DNA of 64,000 bases from Myxococcales bacterium (GTDB taxonomy: Bacteria > Desulfobacterota > Binatia > HRBIN30), in contig JBBILD010000014.1 in the NCBI GenBank assembly GCA_037445065.1, forward strand, positions 29,496 to 93,495, in the 5' to 3' direction. The translations under genes were made by a program, and so were the position numbers. The notes under the pieces are model-generated. The model made no database searches, was not told the DNA's origin, and was given only the letters and a program-made list of their open reading frames with translations. Of this stretch, positions 51,042 to 61,448 are shown in pieces. Within the stretch, counting starts at the first letter, position 1. Every line of letters starts with the position of its first letter.

Positions 51042-51617
51042 TTATTGCGTGGGCAAGAGATACGTAAGGCCGATGCCAGTGGTGACAAATTCGACGTTGT
51101 TGGTCGGGTTGACCCTTTGGTCGAGCGTGTTGTAGCGGGCCCACACGCCGACGCTGGCGAGTTCATTGAGCTGCAAATTCAGGCCGCCACCGGTCGAGAA
51201 TCCCCAAGAGGTGCGGCTGATCGGCGTGTCGCCGGAAAGCCCGGAGAACACGCCCACTTGAAAGGTCCCGTACGCCTCGATGTCCATCCCGTTCCAGGAG
51301 ATTGGTTGCGCAAGCCGCGGCCCGCCGTGGAAAGCGAAGGCCCAAGTTGCGTCTTTGTCGCGAATGCCGGGACGGTTGTCGTTGGGGAAGCCGATGACCT
51401 GAGTTTGCGCCATGAGCCCCAGGTAGTCGTTCCACATGTAGGCCACGTACGGGCTGAAGGTCCCGCCGGTGTCGAGCCGATCCGTGCTCTTGTCGGTGGG
51501 GATTGCAGCGCCAAGGTCCAAGCCGGCGGACACCTTGCCTTGTGCGTGCACCGTTGGCACCAGCCCTAGGGCGGTTGCCAGCGTGGCCATACTGATCCAG
51601 CGTCCGAAGTTTCTCAT
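51042..51617 (-). CDS. Outer membrane beta-barrel protein (OmpA/OmpW-like 8-strand)
   Basis: RBS GAGGAGG, signal peptide ending VHA-Q, alternating amphipathic strands ending GIGLTY. Confidence 0.8.
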   Translation of the reverse strand: MRNFGRWISMATLATALGLVPTVHAQGKVSAGLDLGAAIPTDKSTDRLDTGGTFSPYVAYMWNDYLGLMAQTQVIGFPNDNRPGIRDKDATWAFAFHGGPRLAQPISWNGMDIEAYGTFQVGVFSGLSGDTPISRTSWGFSTGGGLNLQLNELASVGVWARYNTLDQRVNPTNNVEFVTTGIGLTYLLPTQ

Positions 51618-51906
51618 CGTAGCCACCTCCTCTTACTTCTTGTGTCGCGCCTGTACGTCGGGCCGCCTGAGCGGCGACCTCGGCGCGGCCGAGTACATAA
51701 CAACTTTTTTGCAGAAGACCAGGGTTCTGAGCGATGCAGCGGGGTAGGTCTTCGTACCGTACCTTTCGCATCCTGAGGTACGAGTTTCGCGGCTGGCGAT
51801 CTTGCTCCCCGCGATCTGGAACTGCGCCGCTCGGGATTGCCGCACCGCGGGCCTTTCGAACCGGTGGCGCTAGGTCGAGCGTACCGTTGCCACGCCTCGA
51901 GCGAAA

Positions 51907-51929
51907 CGCCCCCGTGGAAAGCGGGGGCG
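51907..51929 (-). terminator. GC hairpin downstream of sdhB, possible terminator
   Basis: 8-bp stem CGCCCCCG/CGGGGGCG followed by TTT on the minus strand. Confidence 0.35.
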
Positions 51930-52191
51930 ACCCCCGGCCCGGGTGGAGGCATCGGCTGGGCACGAATGTCCGCCCCTCCGGAGCGGTGTTGCCCATCGTG
52001 TCAGTGGCCCGGCTCAGCGCCGGCATCTTCTCTGCCAAGACGCAGCGCTGTCGTCGAGCCGGGAAAAGGCATCGGGCAGAAACACTGGGACGGCTGGGGA
52101 GGCCAGGTCCTACGGCGACGGCAAGGAGGTTTTGCGCTGGCCGCCTGAGTTTCCGGTCCCCCAGCGAACGTACGCCCGGACCGGCGCAATC

Positions 52192-52935
52192 TCATTCCAG
52201 GAACAGTGCCTTGAGGTACTCGCGATTCAACCGGGCAATGAAACGGACACTGATTTGCTTTGGGCAGACGGCTTCGCATTCGAAAGTGTTGGTACAGCCG
52301 CCGAAGCCTTCGCGGTCCATTTGCGCCACCATACTGCGCACGCGGCGGTACCGCTCTGGCTGGCCCTGCGGGAGCAGGGAGAGGTGCGACACCTTGGCTG
52401 CCACGAACAGCATGGCAGAGGCGTTTTTGCACGCCGCCACACAGGCGCCGCAACCAATGCAGGCCGCCGCGTCCATTGCCAGTTCCTGTGCGGGTTTTGG
52501 CACCGGGATGCTGTTGGCGTCCGGCGCTCCGCCGGTGTTCACCGAGATGAAACCACCTGCCTGCATGATGCGATCGAACGCACTGCGGTCGACAATCAAG
52601 TCGCGGATGATGGGAAACGGCTTGGCCCGAAAAGGCTCCACGGTGATCGTGTCGCCATCACGGAAGTGGCGCATGTACAACTGGCAGGAGGCTTTGCCCC
52701 GCCCCGGCCCGTGCGGGATCCCGTTGATCGTGAGCGAACAGGTACCACAGATGCCTTCGCGGCAGTCGCTCTCGAACGCCACCGGTTCTTCCCCTCGTTC
52801 GACGAGCTCGCGGTTGAGCGCATCGAGCATCTCGAGGAAGGACATGTCGGGCACCACGTTATCTTTTTGGTAGGTCACGAAGGTGCCCGGCGAGTGCGCG
52901 TCTTTTTGGCGCCAAATACGCAGGGTGACCCGCAT
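52192..52935 (-). CDS. sdhB: Succinate dehydrogenase/fumarate reductase Fe-S subunit
   Basis: [32 protein letters not shown]. Confidence 0.95.
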   Translation of the reverse strand: MRVTLRIWRQKDAHSPGTFVTYQKDNVVPDMSFLEMLDALNRELVERGEEPVAFESDCREGICGTCSLTINGIPHGPGRGKASCQLYMRHFRDGDTITVEPFRAKPFPIIRDLIVDRSAFDRIMQAGGFISVNTGGAPDANSIPVPKPAQELAMDAAACIGCGACVAACKNASAMLFVAAKVSHLSLLPQGQPERYRRVRSMVAQMDREGFGGCTNTFECEAVCPKQISVRFIARLNREYLKALFLE

Positions 52936-54848
52936 TACTTGTAACTCCTTGTGGCAAGCTGGACGAATTCGAAGCGCAGCGGCTCGATATGCCGCTCTGG
53001 TTTTTGCCCCGCGCCCCGGTACTCCCACGCGGCGACGTGGCAGAAGCGCTCGTCGTCCCGTTTTGCTTCACCATCCTCGGTTTGAAACTCCTCGCGGAAG
53101 TGGCCGCCGCACGACTCCCGCCGCTCGAGGGCATCCAGGCACATCAGTTCCGCGAATTCGAGGAAATCCGCAACCCGGCCCGCCCGTTCCAGCGCCAAGT
53201 TGATTTCCTCGGCTCCGCCGGTCACCCGTGCCTCGCGCCAAAAGCGCTCGCGGATGCGAGGGATTTGCTCGAGTGCGTGCTTGAGGCTTGCCTCGCTGCG
53301 GCTCATCCCACAGTTGTCCCACAGCAGTTTGCCGAGTTCGCGGTGAAACACGTCCACTGGGTGTTTACCTGGGATGTCGAGCAGACGGCGGACGCCGTCG
53401 CGCACGTCTTTCTCCACTTGCCGGAACGCGGCGCTCTCGGGGTCGGGCTTGGGTCGTTTGGCGCGCGCAAGGTAGTCTCCGATGGTGTAGGGTAGGATGA
53501 AGTACCCGTCAGCAAGACCCTGCATGAGCGCGCTGGCGCCGAGCCGGTTCGCGCCGTGATCGGAAAAGTTCGCCTCGCCGATCACAAACAGGCCAGGCAA
53601 ATTGCTCATGAGGTGGTAGTCCACCCACAGCCCACCCATGGTGTAGTGGACTGCCGGGTAAATGCGCATCGGCACTTGGTAGGGGTCCTCATCGGTAATT
53701 TCGCGGTACATGTCGAAGAGGTTGCCGTAACGCTCGCGTACCACGTCCACACCGAGCCGGCGAATGGCGTCGCGAAAGTCTAGGTACACTCCCAGGCCGC
53801 CCGGGCCCACGCCGCGGCCCTCGTCGCACACTCGCTTCGCGGCGCGTGAAGCGATATCGCGCGGTGCGAGGTTCCCATAACTGGGGTACATGCGCTCGAG
53901 GAAGTAGTCGCGCTCCTCGTCAGGGATCTCGTTTGGCGGTCGCTTGTCCCCCGGTTTTTTCGGAACCCAAACCCGGCCATCGTTGCGCAACGACTCCGAC
54001 ATGAGGGTGAGCTTGCTCTGGTGGTCGCCACTCACCGGAATGCAGGTCGGGTGAATCTGGGTGAAGCACGGATTGGCGAAGAATGCGCCGCGCTTGTACG
54101 CACGAAAGGTGGCGGTCACATTGGAGTTCACCGCATTGGTGGACAGGTAGAACACGTTGCCGTAACCGCCGGTGGCCAGCACCACGGCGTCGCCAGCGTG
54201 GCGCTGGATCTCGCCGGTGACCAAGTTGCGCGTGATGATACCCTTGGCGTGCCCGTCCACGACCACCAAGTCCAGCATCTCGGTGCGCGGATACATCTTG
54301 ACTTGCCCGAGCCCAATTTGCCGGCAAAGCGCCGAGTAAGCGCCGAGCAGCAACTGCTGACCTGTTTGGCCGCGCGCATAGAAGGTGCGCGACACTTGCG
54401 CTCCGCCAAAAGAGCGGTTCGCCAGTAGCCCCCCATACTCCCGTGCAAAGGGCACTCCCTGCGCCACGCATTGGTCAATGATATTCACCGACACCTGCGC
54501 CAGCCGGTACACGTTGGCTTCGCGCGAGCGGAAATCTCCGCCCTTGATCGTGTCGTAGAACAACCTCCACACGCTGTCGCCGTCGTTTTGGTAATTCTTG
54601 GCCGCGTTGATCCCCCCTTGTGCTGCGATGCTGTGCGCGCGCCGGGGGCTGTCGTGAAAGCAGAATGCCGAGACCTGGTAGCCCAGCTCGGCCAGGGAAG
54701 CTGCCGCCGAGGCGCCGGCGAGACCAGTGCCGACCACGAGGATGTGAAATTTGCGCTTATTGGCTGGGTTCACCAGCGCTAACTCGTTGCGCAAGCGGTC
54801 CCACTTTTGTTCTAGCGGCCCAGGAGGAACGCGTCCGTCCAATTCCAT
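52935..54848 (-). CDS. sdhA: Succinate dehydrogenase/fumarate reductase flavoprotein subunit
   Basis: [18 protein letters not shown] (FAD-His), HYTMGG, HGANRLG. Confidence 0.95.
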   Translation of the reverse strand: MELDGRVPPGPLEQKWDRLRNELALVNPANKRKFHILVVGTGLAGASAAASLAELGYQVSAFCFHDSPRRAHSIAAQGGINAAKNYQNDGDSVWRLFYDTIKGGDFRSREANVYRLAQVSVNIIDQCVAQGVPFAREYGGLLANRSFGGAQVSRTFYARGQTGQQLLLGAYSALCRQIGLGQVKMYPRTEMLDLVVVDGHAKGIITRNLVTGEIQRHAGDAVVLATGGYGNVFYLSTNAVNSNVTATFRAYKRGAFFANPCFTQIHPTCIPVSGDHQSKLTLMSESLRNDGRVWVPKKPGDKRPPNEIPDEERDYFLERMYPSYGNLAPRDIASRAAKRVCDEGRGVGPGGLGVYLDFRDAIRRLGVDVVRERYGNLFDMYREITDEDPYQVPMRIYPAVHYTMGGLWVDYHLMSNLPGLFVIGEANFSDHGANRLGASALMQGLADGYFILPYTIGDYLARAKRPKPDPESAAFRQVEKDVRDGVRRLLDIPGKHPVDVFHRELGKLLWDNCGMSRSEASLKHALEQIPRIRERFWREARVTGGAEEINLALERAGRVADFLEFAELMCLDALERRESCGGHFREEFQTEDGEAKRDDERFCHVAAWEYRGAGQKPERHIEPLRFEFVQLATRSYK

Positions 54849-54850
54849 CG

Positions 54851-55546
54851 TCACGGCCCTCCCACCGGGTACGGAATCCAGCCGGCCAGCACCGCGAGGG
54901 GGATGGAGACGTTCCCGATAAAAACGACCCACGCGACCGCCGGACCAATCCCGCGCACAAAAGCATTCACTTTGGGATGGTTGATTCCGAACGTTTGGAA
55001 GATGCTCGACACTCCGTGCTGCAGGTGAAGCAGCAAGGGGATCATCGCCAGGATGTAAAAGAAAGAGACCAGTGGCTGGCGAAAGCCCATCACGACCATT
55101 CCGTAAACGTCGTGCCGGCCTTTGCTGTCGTGTAGCGCAAAGTGTTCGGGATGAGTGAGGCCGAAGGTAAAGTGGGCGAGGTGGTACAGGATGAAGGCAG
55201 TTAAGATTAAACCTCCCATGAACATGGTGCGTGCCGCGTAGGTGGTCACCTGCGGGCTCCACAGCTCGTACGGCTGCGGCCGTGCCGCTCGATTGAGGCG
55301 CGTTAGCCGCACTGCCGAGGCAATGTGCAACGCCACCGCGGCAAGCAGCACGAACCGCGCTCCCCACAGCAGTACCGGCACGTGGCGCAGGGATTCGGCG
55401 TAGGAGTTCAGTGCCTCCGGTCCCAAGTAAATCTGCAAGTTGCCGAGCATATGCACAACCACGAAGGCGGCGAGAATTACACCCGTGGCCCCCATGATAA
55501 CCTTGGTGCCAACGGTGGAGCGAAACACTGTCAGAGGTCCACTCAT
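54851..55546 (-). CDS. sdhC: Succinate dehydrogenase cytochrome b558 subunit
   Basis: 5 TM segments with His ligands (HMLGNL, LHI, YHLAHF, HLQHG). Confidence 0.92.
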   Translation of the reverse strand: MSGPLTVFRSTVGTKVIMGATGVILAAFVVVHMLGNLQIYLGPEALNSYAESLRHVPVLLWGARFVLLAAVALHIASAVRLTRLNRAARPQPYELWSPQVTTYAARTMFMGGLILTAFILYHLAHFTFGLTHPEHFALHDSKGRHDVYGMVVMGFRQPLVSFFYILAMIPLLLHLQHGVSSIFQTFGINHPKVNAFVRGIGPAVAWVVFIGNVSIPLAVLAGWIPYPVGGP

Positions 55547-55654
55547 CTCGGCTCGATCACAACGAGGGTACCTACCAAACGAAAACCCTCGATCAATCAC
55601 AAGGAAGCATCAATCTTTTCATGCCCTCGATAAGAAACGCTGACGGGCTCGACT

Positions 55655-56890
55655 TCACGCTTCCGGGTGGCGCACGAGAAGGAAGCTGTTCATCCCGCCG
55701 TAGCCGTAACTACTGATCAGGACGTGCTCGAGCGTGGCCGGGCGGGGAGTGAGCGGCACATAATCGAGGTCGCACCCTTCTGCCGGCTCTTTCAAGTGGT
55801 GCGTTGGCGGGATGATTTGATGGCGCAGGGCGAGGCAGGCCACCGCCGTTTGAAACGCCCCAGAGGCGCCAAAGGGGTGCCCGAGAATGGCCTTGATCGA
55901 ACTCACCGGGATCCGCGCGGCCCACTCGCCAAAGGCCGCCTTGGCAACGGCGGTTTCTTTGCGGTCGAACAGCGGTGAGGCGTTGGCGTGCGCGCAAAGC
56001 CAGGAAACGTGCTTTGCCTCGAGCCCCTGGTTTGCGAGCAGCGCGCGTATGGTCGCACCGGCAGTCGCGCCGCTGGCCTCGCTCCGGAACAAGCCTTGGG
56101 CATCGCAAGAACTTGCCCCACCGAGCACTTCAGCGTAGATGTGCGCCCCACGCGCCCGCGCGTGCTCGCGCTCCTCGAGCACCAGGAAGCAAGCTCCTTC
56201 GCTCAGCACCATGCCATTGTGGCGGCGATCGAACGGCCGGCAGGCGCGCGGTGGGTCGCTGTCGTCACGCGCGAGCTCCATCGTCCGACCCATGCTGGCG
56301 AATACCGTCAGCGCCAGTGGGCTTTCTGTGCCGCCAGCGAGCACAAGATCTACGTCGCCGCTGGCGATGAGCATGCGCCCTAACGCCAGTGCCTGGGTGC
56401 TCGCAGTGCAGCCCGAGGTAATTGCTGTCGTGTAACCGCGCGCGCCGGCGGCCGCTGCCAGTTCCCCGGCGCTCGCCAAAGGGAGGGAGCTGTTGGCCAC
56501 GAAGGGATTCACTCGTCTTGCCCCCCGTTCGTAAAGAATGCCGAACTGTTGCTCCGTGTTTTTGAGTCCCGCAATGGCGGATCCCACGAGGAGAGCAATC
56601 CGTTCCGGCGCTACCCCAGCGGGTTCTTGGTGACGTTTGAGCAGCGACAGCGCAGCGACTCCGAGCTGCGTGGCGTGGCTTGCTGTCCGTAGCAGCGCGG
56701 GGTCAATAAGTGCCGCGACGACAGCGTCGTCAATTTCGCCCGCCACCGAGCAAGCGTAACCGGCAGGGTCGAAACGGGTGATCCGCCGGACTCCGGAGCG
56801 CCCTTCGAGTACGGCTTGCCAGAGTGTGTCCGGGTCGTTGCCGCAGGGAGACACAAGGCCGATGCCAGTGATCACCACGCGCCGTTGCAT
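55655..56890 (-). CDS. Beta-ketoacyl-ACP synthase (FabF/KS-alpha-like)
   Basis: RRVVITGIG, catalytic SGCT, AHANAS, SIKAILGHPFGASG (Cys-His-His), SSYGYGG. Confidence 0.92.
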   Translation of the reverse strand: MQRRVVITGIGLVSPCGNDPDTLWQAVLEGRSGVRRITRFDPAGYACSVAGEIDDAVVAALIDPALLRTASHATQLGVAALSLLKRHQEPAGVAPERIALLVGSAIAGLKNTEQQFGILYERGARRVNPFVANSSLPLASAGELAAAAGARGYTTAITSGCTASTQALALGRMLIASGDVDLVLAGGTESPLALTVFASMGRTMELARDDSDPPRACRPFDRRHNGMVLSEGACFLVLEEREHARARGAHIYAEVLGGASSCDAQGLFRSEASGATAGATIRALLANQGLEAKHVSWLCAHANASPLFDRKETAVAKAAFGEWAARIPVSSIKAILGHPFGASGAFQTAVACLALRHQIIPPTHHLKEPAEGCDLDYVPLTPRPATLEHVLISSYGYGGMNSFLLVRHPEA

Positions 56891-56910
56891 GATTCTTTTG
56901 TGCAGGCTGC

Positions 56911-58056
56911 TCAGAGCCGTAAGTGTCCTGCGACCAGGTCCTTCATGAGTTCGGAGACACCACCGCCAATCGTAAACATGCGCACATCCCGATACGCGCG
57001 CGCTACCCAATGGTCTTCCAAATAGCCTTCGGCTCCGTGCAGTTGCGCGCACTGCTCGACCACTTTTTGCACGGTTTCCATAACCAAAAATTTGATCATG
57101 CAAATTTCTTTGCTTTCGACCTGCCCGTCGCGGAACGACTCCGCCACCGAGTGCACGAAGCGACGGCAGCACTCCACTTGGGCCGCCATCTCGGCGATGC
57201 GATGGCGAACCGCTTGCAACTTCCCGAGCGGTTGCTCGTAGAGCTGGCGGTTCTGTACCCTGCGGATGGTCTCTTCGAGGATGAGCCTGGCGAGGGAAAT
57301 GGCGCTCGCCGAAGTGACCAGCCGCTCCCGCTGCAGCCCGTTCATGAGATAAACCAAGCCGAGGTGTGGCCTACCGATGGTAAGAGTTTTGGGTACCCGG
57401 CAATCGTTAAAGCGTAGCCAACCGGTAGGCGAAGAACGCATGCCCATGGTGCGCAGCGTCTCCACGACTTCGAAGCCGGGGGTATCTGTCGGCACGAGGA
57501 CCAAAGCGAAGCCGGCAGTGCCTCTTCCGGACGGGCCCGTGCGCACCAAGGTGAGCACGTAATCGGCAATGGGGCCGTTGGTGATGAATTTCTTTTCTCC
57601 CGAGATCACCCAGAAGTCGCCTTCGTCACGGGCGGTGCACTGAACGGAGCGAACCAAATCGGTCCCGCCAGTTGGTTCCGTGGCGGCGAGTGCCGCCACT
57701 TTCTCCCCCGAAAGAAGCGCTGGAAGAAACCTGCGACGGTGCTCCTCGGTTCCCTGGTGCACCAGAAATGGGATGACGAAGTGGGCTTGCGCTGCGAAAC
57801 TCAGCGGTAAGCCCATCATCCGCGAGCGCGGGAGTTCCTCGACCAGCACGATTTCATAAGCAAAGTCCAAGCCCTGCCCGCCGTACTGCGGCGGGATGGA
57901 TAACCCCAGCCAGCCGTGTCGTCCGAAGATCTGGAACACGTCTTTGGTGAGGGCGCCCCACTGTTCCCACTCGTGGGCCCGCGGTGCGAGTTCGCGCTCG
58001 ATCACTGCGCGAACTTCGCGACGGAAGGCCTCATGCGCGGCTGTGAAAAGACTCAC
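56911..58056 (-). CDS. Acyl-CoA/acyl-ACP dehydrogenase (LCAD-like)
   Basis: ATEPTGGTD, GEKKFITNG, LQRERL, TIGGGVSE; overlaps the ACP stop codon. Confidence 0.92.
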   Translation of the reverse strand: MSLFTAAHEAFRREVRAVIERELAPRAHEWEQWGALTKDVFQIFGRHGWLGLSIPPQYGGQGLDFAYEIVLVEELPRSRMMGLPLSFAAQAHFVIPFLVHQGTEEHRRRFLPALLSGEKVAALAATEPTGGTDLVRSVQCTARDEGDFWVISGEKKFITNGPIADYVLTLVRTGPSGRGTAGFALVLVPTDTPGFEVVETLRTMGMRSSPTGWLRFNDCRVPKTLTIGRPHLGLVYLMNGLQRERLVTSASAISLARLILEETIRRVQNRQLYEQPLGKLQAVRHRIAEMAAQVECCRRFVHSVAESFRDGQVESKEICMIKFLVMETVQKVVEQCAQLHGAEGYLEDHWVARAYRDVRMFTIGGGVSELMKDLVAGHLRL

Positions 58057-58340
58057 GGTGACCCTCCTGAGGTGGTTGCCGCTACGGCCCGCTCGTAGAT
58101 GTAGTCCACGATGTCACCAAAGCGGTTGCGTTCGATCATTTCGAGCGCATCGAGTTCGGTACCGAACTCGTCTTCGAGGGCCACGACCAACTCGACGAGT
58201 TGCACCGACTCGATCACGATGGCGGTATCGAACGATGCATCCTCGTTGATGTCCTCCAACGGCACTTTCGCGATCTCGTGCAGGAGTTGTTTGGCGCGCT
58301 CGGCAACGTAGTCGCGTGAAAAGGGAAGCGAGTGGGTCAA
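58053..58340 (-). CDS. Acyl carrier protein
   Basis: RBS GGAGGAG before TTG 58340; acidic ~95 aa; IESVQLVELVVALEDEF helix II with the Ppant Ser. Confidence 0.85.
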   Translation of the reverse strand: MTHSLPFSRDYVAERAKQLLHEIAKVPLEDINEDASFDTAIVIESVQLVELVVALEDEFGTELDALEMIERNRFGDIVDYIYERAVAATTSGGSP

Positions 58341-58358
58341 CGTTGGCGTCTCCTCCGT

Positions 58359-58372
58359 CGAAAACGTTTTCG
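58359..58372. promoter_or_regulatory. Palindromic operator candidate in the divergent promoter region
   Basis: Perfect 14-bp palindrome CGAAAACGTTTTCG in an AT-rich ~100-bp intergenic gap. Confidence 0.5.
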
Positions 58373-58438
58373 TCAATCAGCAAAAAGCACTTGACTTGCA
58401 AGCATTAACTCGCTGAAAGGAGCTTGGTCAATCGAGTC

Positions 58439-59026
58439 ATGCCCGAGCCGCGTTCCGACCCGCAAACCCGTGCCGGCGTCGCCCGCCAGCGTGGCCTGGT
58501 GGTGAAAGTGGCGGATGCCCGCGAACGCGAAGTCGCGCTAGCGCGGCGCGCGGAGATTTACACGCGCGAACTCGGTTACCACGGGCTCGACGAGTACGAC
58601 AAAATCGCCATCCACTTGGTGGCCATTGACGATCAGCACGGTATCGTAGGGGCAGTGCGGCTGCTCGGACCGAAACCGCTGCCGTTGGAAGTTGCTTCGT
58701 TTCTTCCATCGCAAGTTTTGGCGAATCTTGAGGGAAGAATAGGGCAAATCGGCGGACTGTGGGTCACAAGAGAGGGGCGCCGGGTGATCCACACCACTGT
58801 GTCGCTAGCCCTGCTGGATTTTTCCTTGTCGGTGGCCGCTCGCCTGCGTCTCACCGCCTTGGTGCTACGCACTGTCCCCAGCCTGCAAGATTACTATCGC
58901 ATGGTCCGCTTTCGCTCCCTGGGCCGCGGCATCTTCCCCGATCCGCATTGGGGAGAAGTGGCAGTCATGGTCCGCGGCATCCCCGAGAGTTGCGGCAGCG
59001 AGGCAACCGGGAGCGTTGCCGCTTGA
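58439..59026 (+). CDS. GNAT-fold acyltransferase, LuxI/FeeM (N-acyl amino acid synthase)-like
   Basis: R.EIY..ELGY..LDEYD....HL.......VGAVRL....PLE...IGGLWV..R resembles the N-terminal block of acyl-ACP-dependent autoinducer and N-acyl synthases. Confidence 0.7.
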   Translation: MPEPRSDPQTRAGVARQRGLVVKVADAREREVALARRAEIYTRELGYHGLDEYDKIAIHLVAIDDQHGIVGAVRLLGPKPLPLEVASFLPSQVLANLEGRIGQIGGLWVTREGRRVIHTTVSLALLDFSLSVAARLRLTALVLRTVPSLQDYYRMVRFRSLGRGIFPDPHWGEVAVMVRGIPESCGSEATGSVAA

Positions 59027-59040
59027 GGGAGGCGCCACTC

Positions 59041-61329
59041 ATGGAACGGTTGGCTTCCCATTTCTTTACCGCGAGTTTCCCGCTGTTTGGGACTCTTGCT
59101 GCACTGGTCCTAGGCTCCGTCGTGGCAGTTTTTCGGCGCGATGTTGTGGGCCGCAGCTTTGTTCTCCTTTGCGGCTTACTTGCGGTTTGGAACTTCTACT
59201 TCTTTTTGTCCTATTCGCTGCCCTGCACTGCGGACGCGTTGGCGATTCTGACGCCGTTACGGGTGGGTCCTATTTTGCTCCCCGTCGCCATCTTCAACTT
59301 GGCGGTGGTGGTTGGAGGGCAGCGAGGCAGGAGGACTGAATCCCTCCTGGGACTAACGACCGCCGTTGCTCTGGTGGTAATCGGGAGCAATGCCCTCGGA
59401 CAGGCAGTCGTCGGGCTGCGCGAGTTCTCATTCGGGTGTTACTCGGCGCCCGGCCCCCTTTATCACCTTTACACTCTGGAAGTCGCTGTCTGCTTCATGG
59501 CTGCTAGTGCCCTCTGGCTCAACGACCTTCGTCACGCGCAGAACCCTGAACAACGCACGGTTGCCAAGTTCTGGTTTCTTGGTGCTGCAGTCGCCCTGCC
59601 CTTGGGACTGACCCATTTGCTTCCTGCCTATGGCATCCCCATGTATCCGCTAGGCAACTTGGGCAGTGCGGTGTGGGTGGCGCTGATTGCGTACGCCATC
59701 CTCCGGCACCGGCTGCTCGACATTGACGCCATCCTTTCGCGCGGGCTGGCGATCGTTCTGAGTGGACTTGCTGTGGCTTTGCCCGCCCTGTTGGTGGTGG
59801 TGCTCGTGCAGCGCGTCTCCTTCAACGAGGTGCACGCGGATTTCACGGGGGTGGTGATCGTGTTGTTGTTGCTGGCCTCGGCTGGAGTGCATTGGGTACA
59901 CGGCCAGGCCCTCAAGGCAGCGGAGAAGAGGGCCGCGGAGCGCAAGGTGGAGCAGCGGGTGACGTTGGACGTCATTGCGCGTTTGGCCCTGCAGCACCAG
60001 AGCCGTGACCGTTTGTTCGAGGCCGCTGCGAGCGCCATCCAACTGGTCTTCGACCCGCCCACCATCGTCATCGGTTACCGCCCCAACCGTAAGGAGCGGG
60101 TGGACCTGAGCTTGAAGCGGGGTGTGCCGCCCGCCGAGCCGTATGTGGCAGCCGACTCACCCCTGCTGACTTGGCTCGAGAAGTGCGAGACCTCGCTTTT
60201 GCCGGCGGAACTCGAAGAGATTGGAGATGCTAGTGCCCTCGCTGCCGCGCAGATCATGCGCAGGAACCAATGGGCGGTGTGCGTTCCCTTCAAGACCAGC
60301 CGTTCCGTCCTTGGCTTTCTCGCCGCGGGTCTGAAGAACGGGATTGACTTTTACTCAGCTAGCGAACTCGAGGCTCTGGAACGCGTGGGGTGCGAACTCA
60401 CTCTGGCCCTTGATAACTTGCACATGCGCGACGAAGTCGGCATCGCCCAGGAAGCCGTGTTTCGCTCCGAGCGGCTGAGCTCGCTCGGCACCATGGTCGC
60501 GGCGGTGGTACACGAAGTCCGCAACCCGCTGGTGTCTCTTAGTACCTTTGTGCAACTGGTGGAGGACCGGGTCGGCGATCGGCAGTTCTTTCAGTCGGCG
60601 ATGCCAGTGGTGAAGGCAGAACTCGACCGTGTCGGCAAAATGCTGGAGACCTTGCTCAGCTATACCCACGTGAACAAAGCTGTGCTCGGGCCGGTTTACT
60701 TCGACGTGATCTTCGAGCGCGTGCGGCTGTTGCTCGAGCCGCACGCCAAACGCTTCGGTGTGAAACTGTTTGTGGATCATCGCACCGATGGGCCGGTGGT
60801 GCGTGGCGACGAAGATCGCTTGATGCAAGTGGTCTTCAACCTGGTCATGAACGCCGTCGAAGCGAGCCCGCCCGGAGGTACGGTGAAGGTGGAGTGGGAT
60901 CGCATCTTTCGCGGCGGCGAGTACTACGGCGCAGTGCGGGTAACGGATCAGGGCCCCGGAATTCCGGCTGCCGATCGCAGCCATATTTTTCTGCCGTTTT
61001 TCACCACCAAGGCAAATGGCAGTGGCCTCGGGCTCTCCGTGTCGTTGCAAATCGTGGAAGAGCACCACGGCTTTCTCGAGGTCAGCGATAACCCGGGAGG
61101 GGGCGCGGTGTTTACGATGGGCATCCCGGTGTATCTGGAGACGCGCAAAAGTCTCGAGCTGCGTGATCCGCTCTCCGAGCCAGGAGTGATTGGCGGGAGC
61201 AGCAAAGCGACCGCGCCCCAGCAGGCCGCGGAAGGCAACCCGGCAGTGGGCGACGCGATTCCGCTGCTTGCTGAGCGTGGCCATCCCCCCGAAGTGGTTG
61301 AGTTCGACAAACCTCGCGAAGACCACTGA
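59041..61329 (+). CDS. Multi-TM (HisKA_7TM-like) GAF sensor histidine kinase
   Basis: RBS GGGAGG; ~9 hydrophobic segments, YAILRHRLLDI, GAF-like region, HEVRNPL, NAVEA, DQGPG, FFTTK..GSGLGL. Confidence 0.9.
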   Translation: MERLASHFFTASFPLFGTLAALVLGSVVAVFRRDVVGRSFVLLCGLLAVWNFYFFLSYSLPCTADALAILTPLRVGPILLPVAIFNLAVVVGGQRGRRTESLLGLTTAVALVVIGSNALGQAVVGLREFSFGCYSAPGPLYHLYTLEVAVCFMAASALWLNDLRHAQNPEQRTVAKFWFLGAAVALPLGLTHLLPAYGIPMYPLGNLGSAVWVALIAYAILRHRLLDIDAILSRGLAIVLSGLAVALPALLVVVLVQRVSFNEVHADFTGVVIVLLLLASAGVHWVHGQALKAAEKRAAERKVEQRVTLDVIARLALQHQSRDRLFEAAASAIQLVFDPPTIVIGYRPNRKERVDLSLKRGVPPAEPYVAADSPLLTWLEKCETSLLPAELEEIGDASALAAAQIMRRNQWAVCVPFKTSRSVLGFLAAGLKNGIDFYSASELEALERVGCELTLALDNLHMRDEVGIAQEAVFRSERLSSLGTMVAAVVHEVRNPLVSLSTFVQLVEDRVGDRQFFQSAMPVVKAELDRVGKMLETLLSYTHVNKAVLGPVYFDVIFERVRLLLEPHAKRFGVKLFVDHRTDGPVVRGDEDRLMQVVFNLVMNAVEASPPGGTVKVEWDRIFRGGEYYGAVRVTDQGPGIPAADRSHIFLPFFTTKANGSGLGLSVSLQIVEEHHGFLEVSDNPGGGAVFTMGIPVYLETRKSLELRDPLSEPGVIGGSSKATAPQQAAEGNPAVGDAIPLLAERGHPPEVVEFDKPREDH

Positions 61330-61448
61330 GCCGCCGCGCTGGGCCCGGCTGCACCGATCCCGACTCGCTTTTGCCGGTGGACCGCGCTGAGCACGAGCAG
61401 GCCGTGGCACGGTTGACGCTCGGCCTGCAATGCGGTTCACTACGAGCC

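Noticed and set aside
55655..58340. Aromatic type II PKS cluster
   Set aside because: No chain-length factor, cyclase or ketoreductase accompanies the KS and ACP
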